This document shows positions 11,061-23,496 of a stretch of 64,000 bases of DNA, in pieces. Source of the stretch: Octopus bimaculoides (lineage: Eukaryota); contig NC_068998.1 of assembly GCF_001194135.2 (NCBI RefSeq), forward strand, positions 508,186 through 572,185, written 5' to 3'. The position numbers and the translations under genes were made by a program. Under the pieces are notes generated by a model, which was not told the origin of the DNA, did not search any database, and saw only the letters and a list, made by a program, of their open reading frames with translations. Within the stretch, counting starts at the first letter, position 1. Every line of letters begins with the position of its first letter.

Positions 11061-12369
11061 AGACCAGCCATATTGTGCCTCACTGATTCTCTTTGAGAAT
11101 TAGGTTAATGAGGAGACACTCGTTTATGGCATAGTCATCAACTCGTTAATTGAATGAGGAAATAGTTTGAATGATTGAATAACAGAATATTAATCACTGA
11201 AACTGATTGAGAAGCCAAGTCTCTGTGTGTGTGTGTGTGTGCGTATGTGCGTGTGTGTGCGTGTGTATATATATATATATATATATAAACACACATACAC
11301 ACACACATATATAGATAGATAGATACATACACACACATACATACGCATACATACATACATAGACAGATGTCTGTGTGTATATTTATATAGATGTGTGTGT
11401 ATGTGTACTTGTAAATGTATATATATTTATATGTATGTGTATTTATACATCAAATATATATATTTATATTATATTCTGCTTTTTTTCTGTTTTTCTTTTA
11501 GGTAAGTATTTAATGGAAAAGTCAATGAAATTTGAAATAATGAAAAAAAAAGTCAGGTAAAATTTTGTTTTAACATTTTTCTTTGTCCATTACAAGAAAA
11601 TAATGTTCTGATTTCATTTTTGGTTTTGGATTTGTTTTGTAAGTCTTTAGCTTTTAAAAAAAAGAAAAAGAAAAGAAAATACAAACCACGGCAACGGCTG
11701 GTTGAATTTTAAGAAATATGTTCTGAGCTTTAATTAAAGTGTATGAGAAGCAATTAGCTAATGAATGGTATGTTGGGGGTGGGTGAGAGACAAGATGGGA
11801 TTTGTGACTTAATTCCTGAAACTTGTTCTGTTTCATGTCCCTGCTTAGAACCCTAGAGTCATTAGAAGAGGCATAAACATCACAACATCATAGTTCCACA
11901 TGTGAAACAAATCATATTGGAGGTTAGTCATGGTTACAGACGATTGTCACATATTAATTAATGTAACATCGTTATTGTCAATGTAATTATCAACTAAGTC
12001 TCCAAAACTATGCCACCATTTTTAATCATATACAAAATTTTTTTTTAAATTGCTTCCTTTTTTTTTTGTTTTTGTTTTCTGTATGGTGCATTGTCCATTT
12101 ATTGGGGGTGGCACCATACCTGTGAGCATCAATAACAGAAATGGTTCTCTGGCAAGACTTGAAACTCTATTCCTGCTAACAGATGTCACTCTTCACAACC
12201 TTGCTGTTTGACAGTTTTTACTGAGATAAGCACCAACATTTCCCAAAGACTGTAAACAAAAATGTGTCTGGAGGGTGTTGTAATATGGAACATGTCTCCA
12301 AAGTTTCTCTCCTTGTGTTTCGTTCTCCAAAGTCTTTTGTTTTGTGGGTCAAGGTTTTTATCTGTGTGT

Positions 12370-12610
12370 GGTGCCAGGCTGGAGCACTAGATTTCCATGA
12401 TGACACTACGCCAAAGTATTTTTATAGCAATATTGAAAATATTAAAGATACGTTGGGTATAATTCGTTAGAAGCATGGAAATATTGGAATGACTCCAAGA
12501 TATTTGCCCAGCCTCGACTATAACTTCACTACACCCACCTCTAAGGAATTTTTGCACAGGGATATAATTAACTTCTGTAAAACAGAGGAAGCAATTTAAA
12601 ATTGATGTTT
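12370..12610 (+). pseudogene. Possible degenerate mariner/Tc1 transposase C-terminal fragment
   Basis: With frameshifts reads FHDDTTP...IKDTLGII..MEIL..QDICPA-DYNF...KEFL...F..EE, loosely matching the mariner motifs HHDNARPH, WEILPHPPYSPDLAPSDYHLF and KEFL. Weak, judged by eye. Confidence 0.35.
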
Positions 12611-13783
12611 TATTAGCCTGAAGCTCTGAGTCACNNNNNNNNNNNNNNNNNNNNNNNNAACACCCACCTGAAAGCATCCGACATCAATAGAAAAGCTTTC
12701 CAGTTTTTTTTTGTTTTTTTTTGTTTGCTTGATTTATTACAAGCTGTCTAGTTCTTCAATGGTACCATCATTGACCTAAAAGGGGACTAACTACTATTAA
12801 TTGACCATTAATTGCTTTTATTTATTTTTTTTTCAATATTTTTTGACTCCATAAATTTTGATTCATAATAAACCATTCACATTCATCATCAATTTATAAT
12901 TTCAAATTTAAAACATGCCCACCCCCACAGAAACAAAAACTATAGAATGTATTAAGGTCAGTCTCCCATAAATGGATACCTCTGATTTTGGATTTTAGAA
13001 AAATGATTGGAAGTACATATTTACATGTGTGTATGGGTGTGCACATGCATGTATGTGAGTGTGTGTGTGTCTGTGTTTGTGTGTATAGAGTGTACTATTC
13101 TTACATAATATAAACAAAAATCTCATCTTCTATTCATGGTTAACAAAGATCCTATAATTTCAACATTGAGAGAAATCATAACTGGAGTGAGATAAACAAA
13201 CCATATTGATTTCTTGCAACAAACAGACACTATTGGTCTAATTCCTAACATCTTACTGGAACCACTGCAGAAATACGCTGCTCTCGTTTCGGCTATTCCA
13301 CTTTTCCTATTAACACTCAATGAAGTCTCACAAAGCTGTTTTATTGAACTGTTGATTTGTCTTCCTCTTGTTTTCATTATTTCTTCCATCAAATAGATGT
13401 GTTTTTGTTGAAGATGAAGTGTTGGCTCAACTCTCAGTTTTCATGTTTTTCACCTCAGTGTAATCTATGCTGTCTTAGAATTTAATGTGGCCAGTTATGG
13501 CAGTCCCCACCAAAAAATAATAAACTGAAGTCAGTTTGCTCTGCTTTGTGCTCCAGTAATCTCATGATTATTGTTTGAGAGATTCAGTGGCTTTGAGATT
13601 TAAAATAAGGCATCATGACTGCAGGGGTTTGTGTTTAAACCTTGAGCCCCTGGATAATCCTGCAATTCTTTTTTATTTAGTTACAATTCTACTTCAAAGT
13701 AATCAGAATGGTTTAGAAATATTTATCCTGGTTATACATTAATAATAATGATAATAATAATAATAATTATAATAATAATAATG

Positions 13784-13932
13784 ATGCTTTCAAATTTTGG
13801 TACAAGGCCAGCAATTTCAGGGGGGTGGGGTTAAGTCAATTGCATTGACCCCTGAGTTCAACTGGTACTTATTGTATCGATCTTGAAAGAACGAAAAGCA
13901 AAGTTGACCTCAGCAGAATTTGAACTCAGAAC
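13784..13932 (-). mobile_element. SINE family 2, truncated copy
   Basis: 'ggtacaaggccagcaatttcagggggg...caactggtacttattgtatcgatcttgaaagaacgaaaagcaaagttgacctcagcagaatttgaactcagaac'. Confidence 0.7.
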
Positions 13933-13933
13933 A

Positions 13934-14090
13934 TCATCATCATTGTCACCGTCGTCGTCGTTTTAACGTCCACTTTCCATGCTGGCATGGGTTGGATGGT
14001 TTGACTGAAGACTTGCAAGCCAGTCGGCTGTACTAGGCTCCAATCTGATCTGGCAACGCTTCTACAGCTGGATGCCCTTCCTAACCATAA
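13934..14090 (-). mobile_element. SINE family 3 (3' end with (GAT)n tail), truncated
   Basis: 'ttttaacgtccactttccatgctggcatgggttggatggtttgactg...ggctccaatctgatctggc...ctacagctggatgcccttcc' is the reverse complement of 34900-35040. Confidence 0.75.
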
Positions 14091-14774
14091 ATGAAGGTAC
14101 TTGATTGCTAGTAGTAGTAGTAGTAAATATAGAATAGTAATTACAATTTAAGAGGTGTCAGCTATATCAACCACCCAAAATTTCAGTTCCATAAAATGGT
14201 TTCTAATCTCATTCCTTTAGAATCTCTGACACAGTCATTGAAATCAGGGAAGCAGGGGAAGAGATCAGTCTTTATAGTTTCTATATCGCTAGCAGCAGTT
14301 GTGTTCCACACACACAAACATACACACACACACACACACACATGCACATACATATAAACTGATTCACACACACACACAATATATATATATTTCTATATAT
14401 ACACACAAATGTGGTATATTATGCATATAACCACACATGGATACACTTCTCTTTTTCTTTCTCTCTCTCTTTCCCTCCCCCTCCCTCCCCTTGCTTCTCC
14501 CACCACCGCTTTCAAGCAAGGAAGTGAAAACACTCTTTTCTGCTGTTTCTGTGGCACAAATTGTAAAGGAAGAAAGTTGTGCGGAGAATCAAAATATTCC
14601 GAGAAACTCCTTTGGGGAAAATAAAAGTAGCTTAGCATGGGGAGGTGGGGGGTGTTGATTGAATTAGTGTTATATGGAGGGGGGAGGAATGGCCAGAGAG
14701 AAGAACTTCTGAGAGAAGGGGAGGAGATGGGGATTGAGGGCCCCAAAACAAAATACATGTATAAGGACATGCAT

Positions 14775-14945
14775 ACTTATAGGAATATATACACACATGC
14801 TTGTATGAATATATACACACATGCTTATATAAATATATACACACATGCTTATATAAATATATATACACACATACTTATATGAATATATATACACATGCTT
14901 ATATCAATATATACACATGCTTGTATGAATATATACACACATACA
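14775..14945. repeat. About 24-bp AT-rich minisatellite (ATATACACACATGCTTATATAAAT-like)
   Basis: About 6 tandem units; ORF track shows repeating NIYTHAYI. Confidence 0.85.
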
Positions 14946-15334
14946 TACATATACATTCACAAACACAAACAATATATGCACACTCAACAAATACAGAACA
15001 GAATAAACAGATTTAAAGACCAGCACTACTACTACCACCACTGCTACTACTACTACTACCACCACCACCACTGATGATGATGATGATGATGATGATAAGG
15101 TTAGAGCAAAGGATTATGGAATATGGTGGCATTGTTTGGTTTATTTCTGGAGAAATCCTTAAATCTCCCAAGAGAGACTGAATCAGTGAGAAACTTCTGC
15201 GGATTCTGATGAAATGTTCCATTATTTCTTGTGATGTCAGCTCTGTTCACTAACTTTGATTACATTTAGTAGAATACTTCATAGATTTCTTTAGAATGGT
15301 GGACAAAATGCCTTGTTGTACAGGTTTGGGCTCT

Positions 15335-15487
15335 TGATATTCCGAGTTCACATTGTACTGAGGTCAGTTTTGCATTTCCTCCTCCTGGGGTTGATGAAAT
15401 AAAGTACAAGTCAAGTACTTGGGTTGGTATGATCGACTAAACCCCATGACTGACTAGTTCAGGCCTTGTGCTTATGGTAGAAAGTAA
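15335..15487 (+). mobile_element. SINE family 2, degenerate
   Basis: 'ccgagttcacattgtactgaggtcagttttgcatttcc...ggggttgatgaaataaagtac...ttcaggccttgtgcttatggtagaaag'. Confidence 0.6.
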
Positions 15488-15494
15488 GACTGGG

Positions 15495-15990
15495 GCATAA
15501 CCAGAGTATGACATGTCGATTATCATACATGTTCTTGATTTTTTCTTTCACCACAACAATGTCCAGTTTCCAATGTCTGGTCAAGTGATTGCACTGAATC
15601 GTTGCATCCCACAGGATTTTGAAATTCTCATTCTCTGTGACCCCATTTGGGGTTTGCTCATACCATGTCTTTGCTGTTTGTAGGCCGTAATCTCCACAGA
15701 GCTCCCAATGGATTATTCTTACCACATTGTCATGTTGTCTTTTGTATTCATGTTGTACCAATTATGGGCATTCGCTAACGATGTGCCATACCATTTCACT
15801 CCACTCACCACACATTCTGCATTTGTTGCTGTTGTTGTTGGTAGTGTTGTCAATTATCTCGTTGAACTCGTGTGCCAAGGTATTTGTAACCTTTCTTTTC
15901 AATTTGTTTAATCATCTATTATGTAATTCTATCCCTGCTGAGGACTTGCCTCTTTCCAGGTGCATTATACCACACTTCTTGAGTCCACCT
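15495..15990 (-). mobile_element. Degenerate non-LTR retrotransposon, R4/Dong/NeSL type: RT end, CCHC knuckle, restriction-like endonuclease
   Basis: Minus strand reads GLKKCGIMHLERGK, EKKGYKYLG (late RT motifs), then KCRMCGEWSEMVWHIVSECP*LVQHEYKRQHDNVVRIIHWELC...ENENFKILWDATIQC...KLDIVVV...TCMIIDM. This is the typical C-x2-C-x8-H-x4-C knuckle plus a decayed PD-(D/E)xK region. Stops and frameshifts present. Confidence 0.9.
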
Positions 15991-16255
15991 TATTGTTGCC
16001 TTCCATATGAGCTGTTGTAAGTCTTACCCGGTGTCATACAGCTCTGCTATTTCTACTTCATCTTCCTCGCCTGTATTATGCTCAAAACTTTTGCTAATTT
16101 CTCTAGACTGCCAGTAGTTCAAACTCAGACAACCATCTATTCTTGCTCTGATCTGGTCAAAAATCCTCGGCCCCCTAATTTCATATAGTCCTCCTCTCCT
16201 TTTTTCTTCACTTTATATTCTTTGTTGATTCTTCTAAATGGGACTCCATGATAAC

Positions 16256-16459
16256 AGTTACAATAATAATTTCTAACATAAAAACAAAGCTACAATTACT
16301 TAAGGGGAGGGGCACAGTTAATTACAGTCAATTGGTGATTATTTCATTAACCCCGAATAGATGAAGAATCAGGAACAATTCCAAAGGATAAGAAATCAGA
16401 ATGCAATGAAAGAGAATTAAGTAGTCATGCATTTGTCTTGATTTTGTCACATCAGCATC

Positions 16460-16506
<47 letters not shown>

Positions 16507-16531
16507 TACTCAGTGGCTTTTGTAGATTGGA
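16256..16531 (+). repeat. Left arm of long inverted repeat 2 (partner 17082-17369)
   Basis: Identical to the reverse complement of 17082-17369 except one substitution and (AAT)15 vs (AAT)19; same peptide in ORFs 16328-16549(-) and 17070-17297(+). Confidence 0.97.
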
Positions 16532-16720
16532 CAAAAACTGGATTAGCAAAGCTAGACAGAAGAACTAGGAAGGAATTCAATATGAACGGAGGACTCCAAC
16601 CAAGGGTAAGAGTAACAAGATTATACCTGGAAAGGAAGGTGGAAGAGGGTTAATATCAGTAGAAGACTGCGTGGAGTTAGTTAGAGTAGATATAGACTCC
16701 TATGTAGGTAATAGAAGAAA
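16505..16720 (+). mobile_element. R4/Dong-type RT thumb fragment
   Basis: YSVAFVDWTKTGLAKLDRRTRKEFNMNGGLQPRVRVTRLYLERK then, after a frameshift, GGRGLISVEDCVEL. Matches the conserved 'W...L..LDR.TRK.......HP.....RLY..RK.GGRGL' region. Confidence 0.85.
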
Positions 16721-17081
16721 GCTTATTAAAATCCACAACAGCAACAACAGTAAAACTAGTAATAACAGCAGTAATAGTAGAAATAATAATACTAATATTA
16801 ATTAGCCCAGGGCCAAGAAATAGCAGGTTGGTGGCCAGCAGAGGGTCTCTACTTTGCTTGGTGCTCCCCCTAGTGATGGTGTCATAAAAGAAATACTAAA
16901 GATAACTCTCATCAACTCATTAATGAAACAATGCAAAAATAATGATTCAAATAATGGTTTAAATGGATGCCTTGCCTGACAGGAACCCCGCTGTACAACG
17001 GGGCGGGGGCTGGTCATAATCCAGCTCCTGCTAGCTGTGGAAAGAGGTTGACATGGAGGAAATAGGCATATGCTGTTATCA

Positions 17082-17106
17082 TCCAATCTACAGAAGCCAC
17101 TGAGTA

Positions 17107-17165
<59 letters not shown>

Positions 17166-17369
17166 GATGCTGATGTGACAAAATCAAGACAAATGCATGA
17201 CTACTTAATTCTCTTTCATTGCATTCTGATTTCTTATCCTTTGGAATTGTTCCTGATTCTTCATCTATTCGGGGTTAATGAAATAATCACCAATTGACTG
17301 TAATTAACTGTGCCCCTCCCCTTAAGTAATTGTAGCTTTGTTTTTATGTTAGAAATTATTATTGTAACT
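17082..17369 (-). repeat. Right arm of long inverted repeat 2
   Basis: See 16256-16531. Confidence 0.97.
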
Positions 17370-17503
17370 AGGTAGAAGCCGCTGGGAGCAAGAGAGTTCT
17401 CCTAATTTAAGGGGGAGAGACAAACAGACAGACAGTGTGTGTTCTCTTTGTTATATAAGAACAATATCCTTCATGTCTTTACAATTATAATTGCTGAAAC
17501 AAT

Positions 17504-17517
17504 GTTGTCATGGCAAC
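17504..17517. promoter_or_regulatory. RFX X-box-like motif GTTGTCATGGCAAC
   Basis: Fits the consensus GTHNYYATRRNAAC exactly; one mismatch from the perfect palindrome GTTGCCATGGCAAC. No associated gene seen. Confidence 0.3.
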
Positions 17518-17805
17518 AAAAGTTGGACTGGCTGATGGCCATGACAAAGGAGTTTCAGTTTAAAGATGGGGGTAGGAAGTACAAAAGATGGCATCTGTAG
17601 TGAATGAGATGAGGAGAGAGAGAGAGAGAGAGAGAGACCAAAGATTGTGTTTTGAGTGAAGTTATTATTTAAAATAACCAATAAAAGCAACATTTTTATT
17701 AAAATGTATAAAAATTTTAATTTTAAAGATTACACATTTCATTTTAGATTGATCCCAAATATTTAGAGTTTGGTTCTATACTGAAATGTACATAGATTTG
17801 AATCA

Positions 17806-17999
17806 TCTTAATATATAAAGCTGAAGTTGTGTGTCTGTGTGAAGCCTTTTTAAAAGTTTATAGAAATCCACATTTTCCACTTTTTTGTAAAAATATTTAC
17901 AGCAATGGAATTTTCTTTTTTAGTTGATTTTCACCTAGCAAGACTTAACGTAGATGGCGTAATAAGTCACACCCGGACAAGGTTGGGTTATACTGCTAG
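17806..17999 (+). mobile_element. Non-autonomous Helitron (194 bp)
   Basis: Starts A|TC(ttaatatataaagc), ends CTAG|T, with a GC-rich subterminal hairpin 'acccggacaaggttgggt' about 10 nt before the end; no target duplication. All match Helitron hallmarks. Confidence 0.75.
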
Positions 18000-20507
18000 T
18001 TCTCTATAAAACTTACTCTATCATATCAATGAACAATGGCTTAGTTGAACCATATTTATAACAATAAGAATTCTTCTGCCTAGGAACTTCTCCAACTATA
18101 ATTTGGTATTTTATTGTGAAATCTGAGATTTTTTTTTTTCCTTTGTTTGAACATGAAGAAGAGATTGTTGGTGAGAGAAGGGAATCATTGCAACAAAGCA
18201 GCAGAATTGTTGACATAATATTATTATTGCTGTTTTTCCAAGTCACTCAACAACAATATTCTGAGACTTATTGATAGCTATTCTACAGCTATTCTTCTTT
18301 TGATCTGTCTTCTGTGCACTTATAAAAACTGTCAAAAACTGCTAAGAAGAAAAACTTTCTTGCTTGTTCAATAATGATGAGAAAAAATCCCATTCAAGCT
18401 TGTATTAATGATATAAAAGTCTCTTTATGATAATAATGTTTCTACTGACCTACTTCATCTTAAAATGCCAATACATCCACTATTAACATCATTTGCAAAC
18501 AGTGACAGCAACTTTCTCCTTCTCTAGTTGAAGACATCAAAATGTCTTTATTCCTAATCTCTGTCAGTCTGGTTTGATTGATATATTTTTCTAATACTTG
18601 TTATTGAACACCACACCAAACACCATTTATATGTAATTTTTAGTTCCCTTTTTTGACTGAAGAACCAAATATTTCCACCATTCTTCGGCACATATCGACT
18701 GCTGTAGACTATAATGTCTTCCTACCATTACCAGTGGTGCCTTTAACAAGGAACACTTGCAGAGCTCAGTAAATGTTGTGTTTCTTCTTCATTGTTGTAT
18801 AACTGACTCTCAAGTATCATGATTACTTTATTAATTTGATGGATTTTATCGTTAATATACATTATTAATTAAGTATTAATTAAAGAAATGAAGCACACAT
18901 TTTTAAAAATTATAACACGCATCCATGAACAAAGATCTCATTTGATGTGTGATTAGAAAGCTGAGTCTAACCAGGGAATAATAAATTCACTGATTTGATT
19001 AGTGGTGATTATACTTGAGAGAAAGATCTCCAAATAACTTAAAATCATATTTAGAGAAAGATCTAAATTTGATTATCAACTCTACTTAAGATTTCTAGAA
19101 GTAGAGCTGAGATAATACATTTGCTACCAGTTCTAGTTTTCTCCACTAAATATATGGTGCCTCTATTAAGCAGTTATAGCACTCTTCCTAGTAACACCAA
19201 CACTGATTACAGAAAAGAATTTACAGTGAAATAAATAAAACCCCACAATTTTTGTTACCCCACCCCCACCCCATTTCCAACAAAAATATTCATCAATAAA
19301 AAGATAAACAAGATAATTTGATTTTAATGAAGAATCTTTGTCATTGCTTTTCGTGTTAACCTTCACAGATCATTTATTAGTAGTAATTAAATTAATCAAT
19401 ATAGAGATGGATCAAACTTAATCTGTTGACTGTAAGAAGGAGGCAGAAGGGGATGACAGACTTAGAAAAACCACCAGTTTCTCTTGAAATCATTAGTTTA
19501 CTATTGAATATAACTAAATCTTCTATTAGGTTAAGAAGATAACCTGGGGTTAAATAGATACTTGATGTTTCAAATAAAAACACAAATGCAGTTAACTAGT
19601 AAAGGTTATAGAAAACCATACTTGCTATATTTGTCTTCATCTCTCTGACATTCCAATGTACTTCGTTATTCTAACAATGCTAATAACTGCTGCCATCAGC
19701 TGGAGAAATTGGTTTCTTGAGACAGCAAGTCAGATTCACAGATCTTAATGGCTCTATTACTGAGCAAGCCAACTTTCTTATTAGCTCTAAAGAATTCTTA
19801 CCAATCCATGCAAATGATGTTATCATTGTGTAGTTCTTTAATGTGCTAGTCAAGGCCATGCTGCAGCATCACATTTATTTATATTTTTTTTAGTAGTTTA
19901 TTGTTAGTTTGTCTCTGAATTGAAAATAATTTGCTTTTTTTTTTGAGAATGTAATAAATTGTTTTGTGTGGGATATAAACATCTGAAAATCTTTACACAT
20001 CCACTTAAGATTGGGTCCCTGGATATTGTTTATGTCACTTTCCTCTCAAATACTGTCTTTTAATTTACTTTGAAGCTTTTCCTAAGTCTAACAGAAAGTT
20101 CCAGAGTGAAACCCGAGTTTCTGCTAGAATGTGTGAGTGAGAGAGAGAGAGAGAGAGGTCTTGATTAATCAACCACCATACAAACTGACAGACACACAGA
20201 CAGAGGGTCAGCATCGAATGCTTTCTTCTGTGTCTGCTGACATGAGTTGGACAGTTCAACAGGATCCAAAGAGTCAAAGAAACACATCATGCTCTAATAT
20301 TGGTTCAGCATGACATCTACAGTTGAAAGCCCTTCCTAATGCCAACCTCTCCTCAACACCTAAACCTTTACTGGGTGAAACTACTCCAAACTGTCCCAAT
20401 ATTTTTCAGTCCCCAAAGAGATAAAAAGAATATTTGTTAACATTTCACAGAATGGCTGGGAATTAAAAAAAACTGTGAGTGTAACTATATTAAATATATA
20501 TTATGCC

Positions 20508-20566
<59 letters not shown>

Positions 20567-22249
20567 GAGATATTTACTGTAGTACAGTTTTTTGACTGAC
20601 GTGTGTATTGTGTGATATATAAATATATAAGTGCTTATATAAATTTGTAAGTGGATATACGCATGTACATATGTGTCTCAATGGCTTATTTGTATGTAGA
20701 CAGTGTATTGCTACCATTTAAGTAGCCCCCCCCCATCCCCATCTCCATTAGCTTCTAAATTGTTTTTCAAAACTGAAACTGAACAAGATTATTTCCTGTA
20801 ATTTCTGGCTTTTCTCACCGTTTCCTCTTCTCGGTTTCATTACCAATCACAGCCCCATCAATGGAATATCTTTTTTATTTTACCTCTCATGACACACATC
20901 ATCCTACAATTACAAATTCAGAACAAACTCACCGAAACTTATCTCTTTGTCTATTCACAATAATTTCATCTCTGTGACTCCCCATTCACCATTCTTTCAC
21001 TACGATTCTGTCTGTCTACCTGTCTGTCTGTTTCTACAAGAAAGCCTCGTCATCTTTGCATTCAATTCTTTCTCACTTGTCATCCATCTTCTCTATCTCA
21101 ATGCTGACAATTACTGACCAGGCCTCTTTCCTTTTCATTTTACTATTTCAGCCAATGATTTATTAGCAGACATTACCAGAATATACAAATAATTTTGTAT
21201 AGATCTTGCTGGGGTGTATATGTGACAGTATGTATACATGTGTGTGTGTGTGTGTGCTTCTGCTCATATATGTGTGTATGTGTTTGCATACGTGGATATG
21301 AGCGTGCATGCCTGTGTATATACACATATGTGTATGTATAAATGCGTGTGTATACGCATGTACACTAGGTTCATTTACGTACATGTGTGTATTTGGGTGC
21401 ATATATGTATGCGCACGCATGTGTGTGATATGTTCATATTTCTGGCAATTTCTTTGTTGCATGTAGATGTTTAAATTATCGAAGGAATAAATATTGGTCT
21501 TCCTTGCTAAATGGCTGTCTGCAGTGGTGCAGATATTTCTTTCTACCAAATTCTTTAATATTTCCTTGCTATTCATTTCATATTGTTACTGAGGGAGGGG
21601 AAATGGCGGGGGGTGGGGCAATGTTCCAATATAATCTTTAGCTTCGGTGAAATTCTTTCACAGTCAAAACACAGAAGACCTATAAAACAATTTGCAGACC
21701 AAATAATTAAAGATCAATAAATGTAGGGAGACATTAGCAGAGGGGAAAAGTGTTTTTGATTCCCTTTTGTTTGGGTGGAGCTGCTTGTTTAGATCACTGG
21801 AATTTTGAACACTAACAACAATAGAATGACTTGCATGAGTTAAGGAATATTATTTTTAATAGAAATATTCATTGATTAAATATTCCAATGGAGAAATATT
21901 GGGTTGGAAGATTTCATTGATTTGTTTTTCTTCCAAAGAATTTTGGTAAATTATACTTTGGTTGGAAACTAGGAAAGAGGTAGGACTGGTGCATTAATGG
22001 AGAGAAAAATGTCATGCAACTTTTGGCGCTCTCAGATTCTTGTCTTAATATTCTGCCAACAGACTTCATTTAATTTGTTTTCGCCTCCAGTACTAAGCAT
22101 TGATAATATATTGATCTATCAGTAGTTTACTGCTTCACTGATAATAGTGTGTGAGGTACCAGTAATACATTGGTGTTAATTCCATTGAGTCTCTTCTATT
22201 TCTAAAATAACATTTGACCTTCAGAAGAAATATGTTGCTGTTAAGATAA

Positions 22250-22400
22250 AGGCAATGTGTTGCACTTCATGATTGTGAGGTAGTAGGTTCAATTCTAGGG
22301 CTGGGTGGTATATTATGTCCTTGGGTAAGCTGCTTTATTTTCTGTTGTTCCAGTCTACTTAACTGGATACTGGTGCTGCCCTCTTTCCCTGCAGCTGTTG
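22250..22400 (+). mobile_element. SINE-like tRNA-derived head, degenerate
   Basis: 'gtgtgttgcacttcatgattgtgaggtagtaggttcaattctagggctggg...tatgtccttgggtaag'; B-box-like motif followed by 'ccttgggcaag'-like core. Confidence 0.45.
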
Positions 22401-22862
22401 TCTCATTCTGGATGTTCTGTTGGGTCAAAGGTAGGAGGGCAGATGTGTATGTGTTTGCATACATAGATATGAGCATGCATGCTTGTGTATATACACATGT
22501 GTGTGTACTCTTGTACACTGGGATTGGGTTGTCTTCTCTCTAATGAGGATAAAGATAATGGGAGGAGGAGGAGGGATTTTCTGTTACTTTGTGTCTTTCA
22601 CCTGATCAATATTGGTCTCTCTCTTTGCAAACACACCTTTCTTGGAGTGCCATTACAAACCTATAGTGACACACCTTGATTCTTTCAGACATTCCTTCAA
22701 TAATCTCTGAGTATGTGTTACATCATGGCTTCATCTTGTCCTGGACACACAGATAGAGAAATCTTGTTTTTACTCTCAGCACTTCTCTGCTCAATTTTAA
22801 AGACATTGATGTTCAAGGAATATTTGGCTGCTGTTTATGGTAGCCAAATATCACTTGTTGAG

Positions 22863-23070
22863 CCATCATCATCATCATCATCATTTAAATTCCATTCTCC
22901 ATGCTGGCAATGGTTGGGCAGTTTGATAGGAGATGGCAAAGCTTGGAGCTGTAGCAGGCATCATTGTCTGTTTTGGCATGATTTCTACATCTGGAAGCCC
23001 TTCCTAACACCAGCCACTTTACAAAATGTACTGGGTGCTTTTTATGGGGCACCAGTGCTTTTTTATGTGT
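22863..23070 (-). mobile_element. SINE family 3, degenerate
   Basis: (CAT)n then 'ttaaattccattctccatgctggcaatggttggg...ctggaagcccttcctaacaccagccac...gggtgctttttatg'. Confidence 0.65.
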
Positions 23071-23168
23071 GAGTATCACTGACAGGGTCACCAAATATCT
23101 TGCTAGAAAAACTAAAATGAGACGCAAAACCCCTCAACTGAAAGCAGGGAGTAGTATTAAGGCAGGGG

Positions 23169-23452
23169 CAAGAACCACTGGATGGATTCAGATGAAACTT
23201 TCAAGGATGTTTGACCTCATGACTGACACAAACTGATTAGATTTTGGGATTGATCCGGTACCGGACAAGGATTCTAGATTATTTTTTCCGATTTTTTTTA
23301 CTTAATTATTGAGAGCAGTTGGGTTCATTTTCAGTATTCTTGTTTGTGAGAGCAATTGAGTTTACTTCAGATATTCTCATTTTAAAAATCATCTCTGGTT
23401 AATCGTTGGGAGGATGGTGTTGCCTTGGCAAAGGTTTGCGCTCTCAGTGCTC
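23169..23452 (+). mobile_element. Dispersed non-autonomous element (HINE/Helentron-like), 5'-truncated
   Basis: Aligns along its length with 38925-39203; ends 'gccttggcaaaggtttgcgctctcagtgctc'. Confidence 0.65.
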
Positions 23453-23459
23453 TTATTAC

Positions 23460-23496
<37 letters not shown>

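Noticed and set aside
22276-22289. TGAGGTAGTAGGTT, identical to the first 14 nt of let-7
   Set aside because: Diverges afterwards (CAATTCT vs GTATAGTT), has no complementary star arm, and overlaps the B-box of a SINE-like head.
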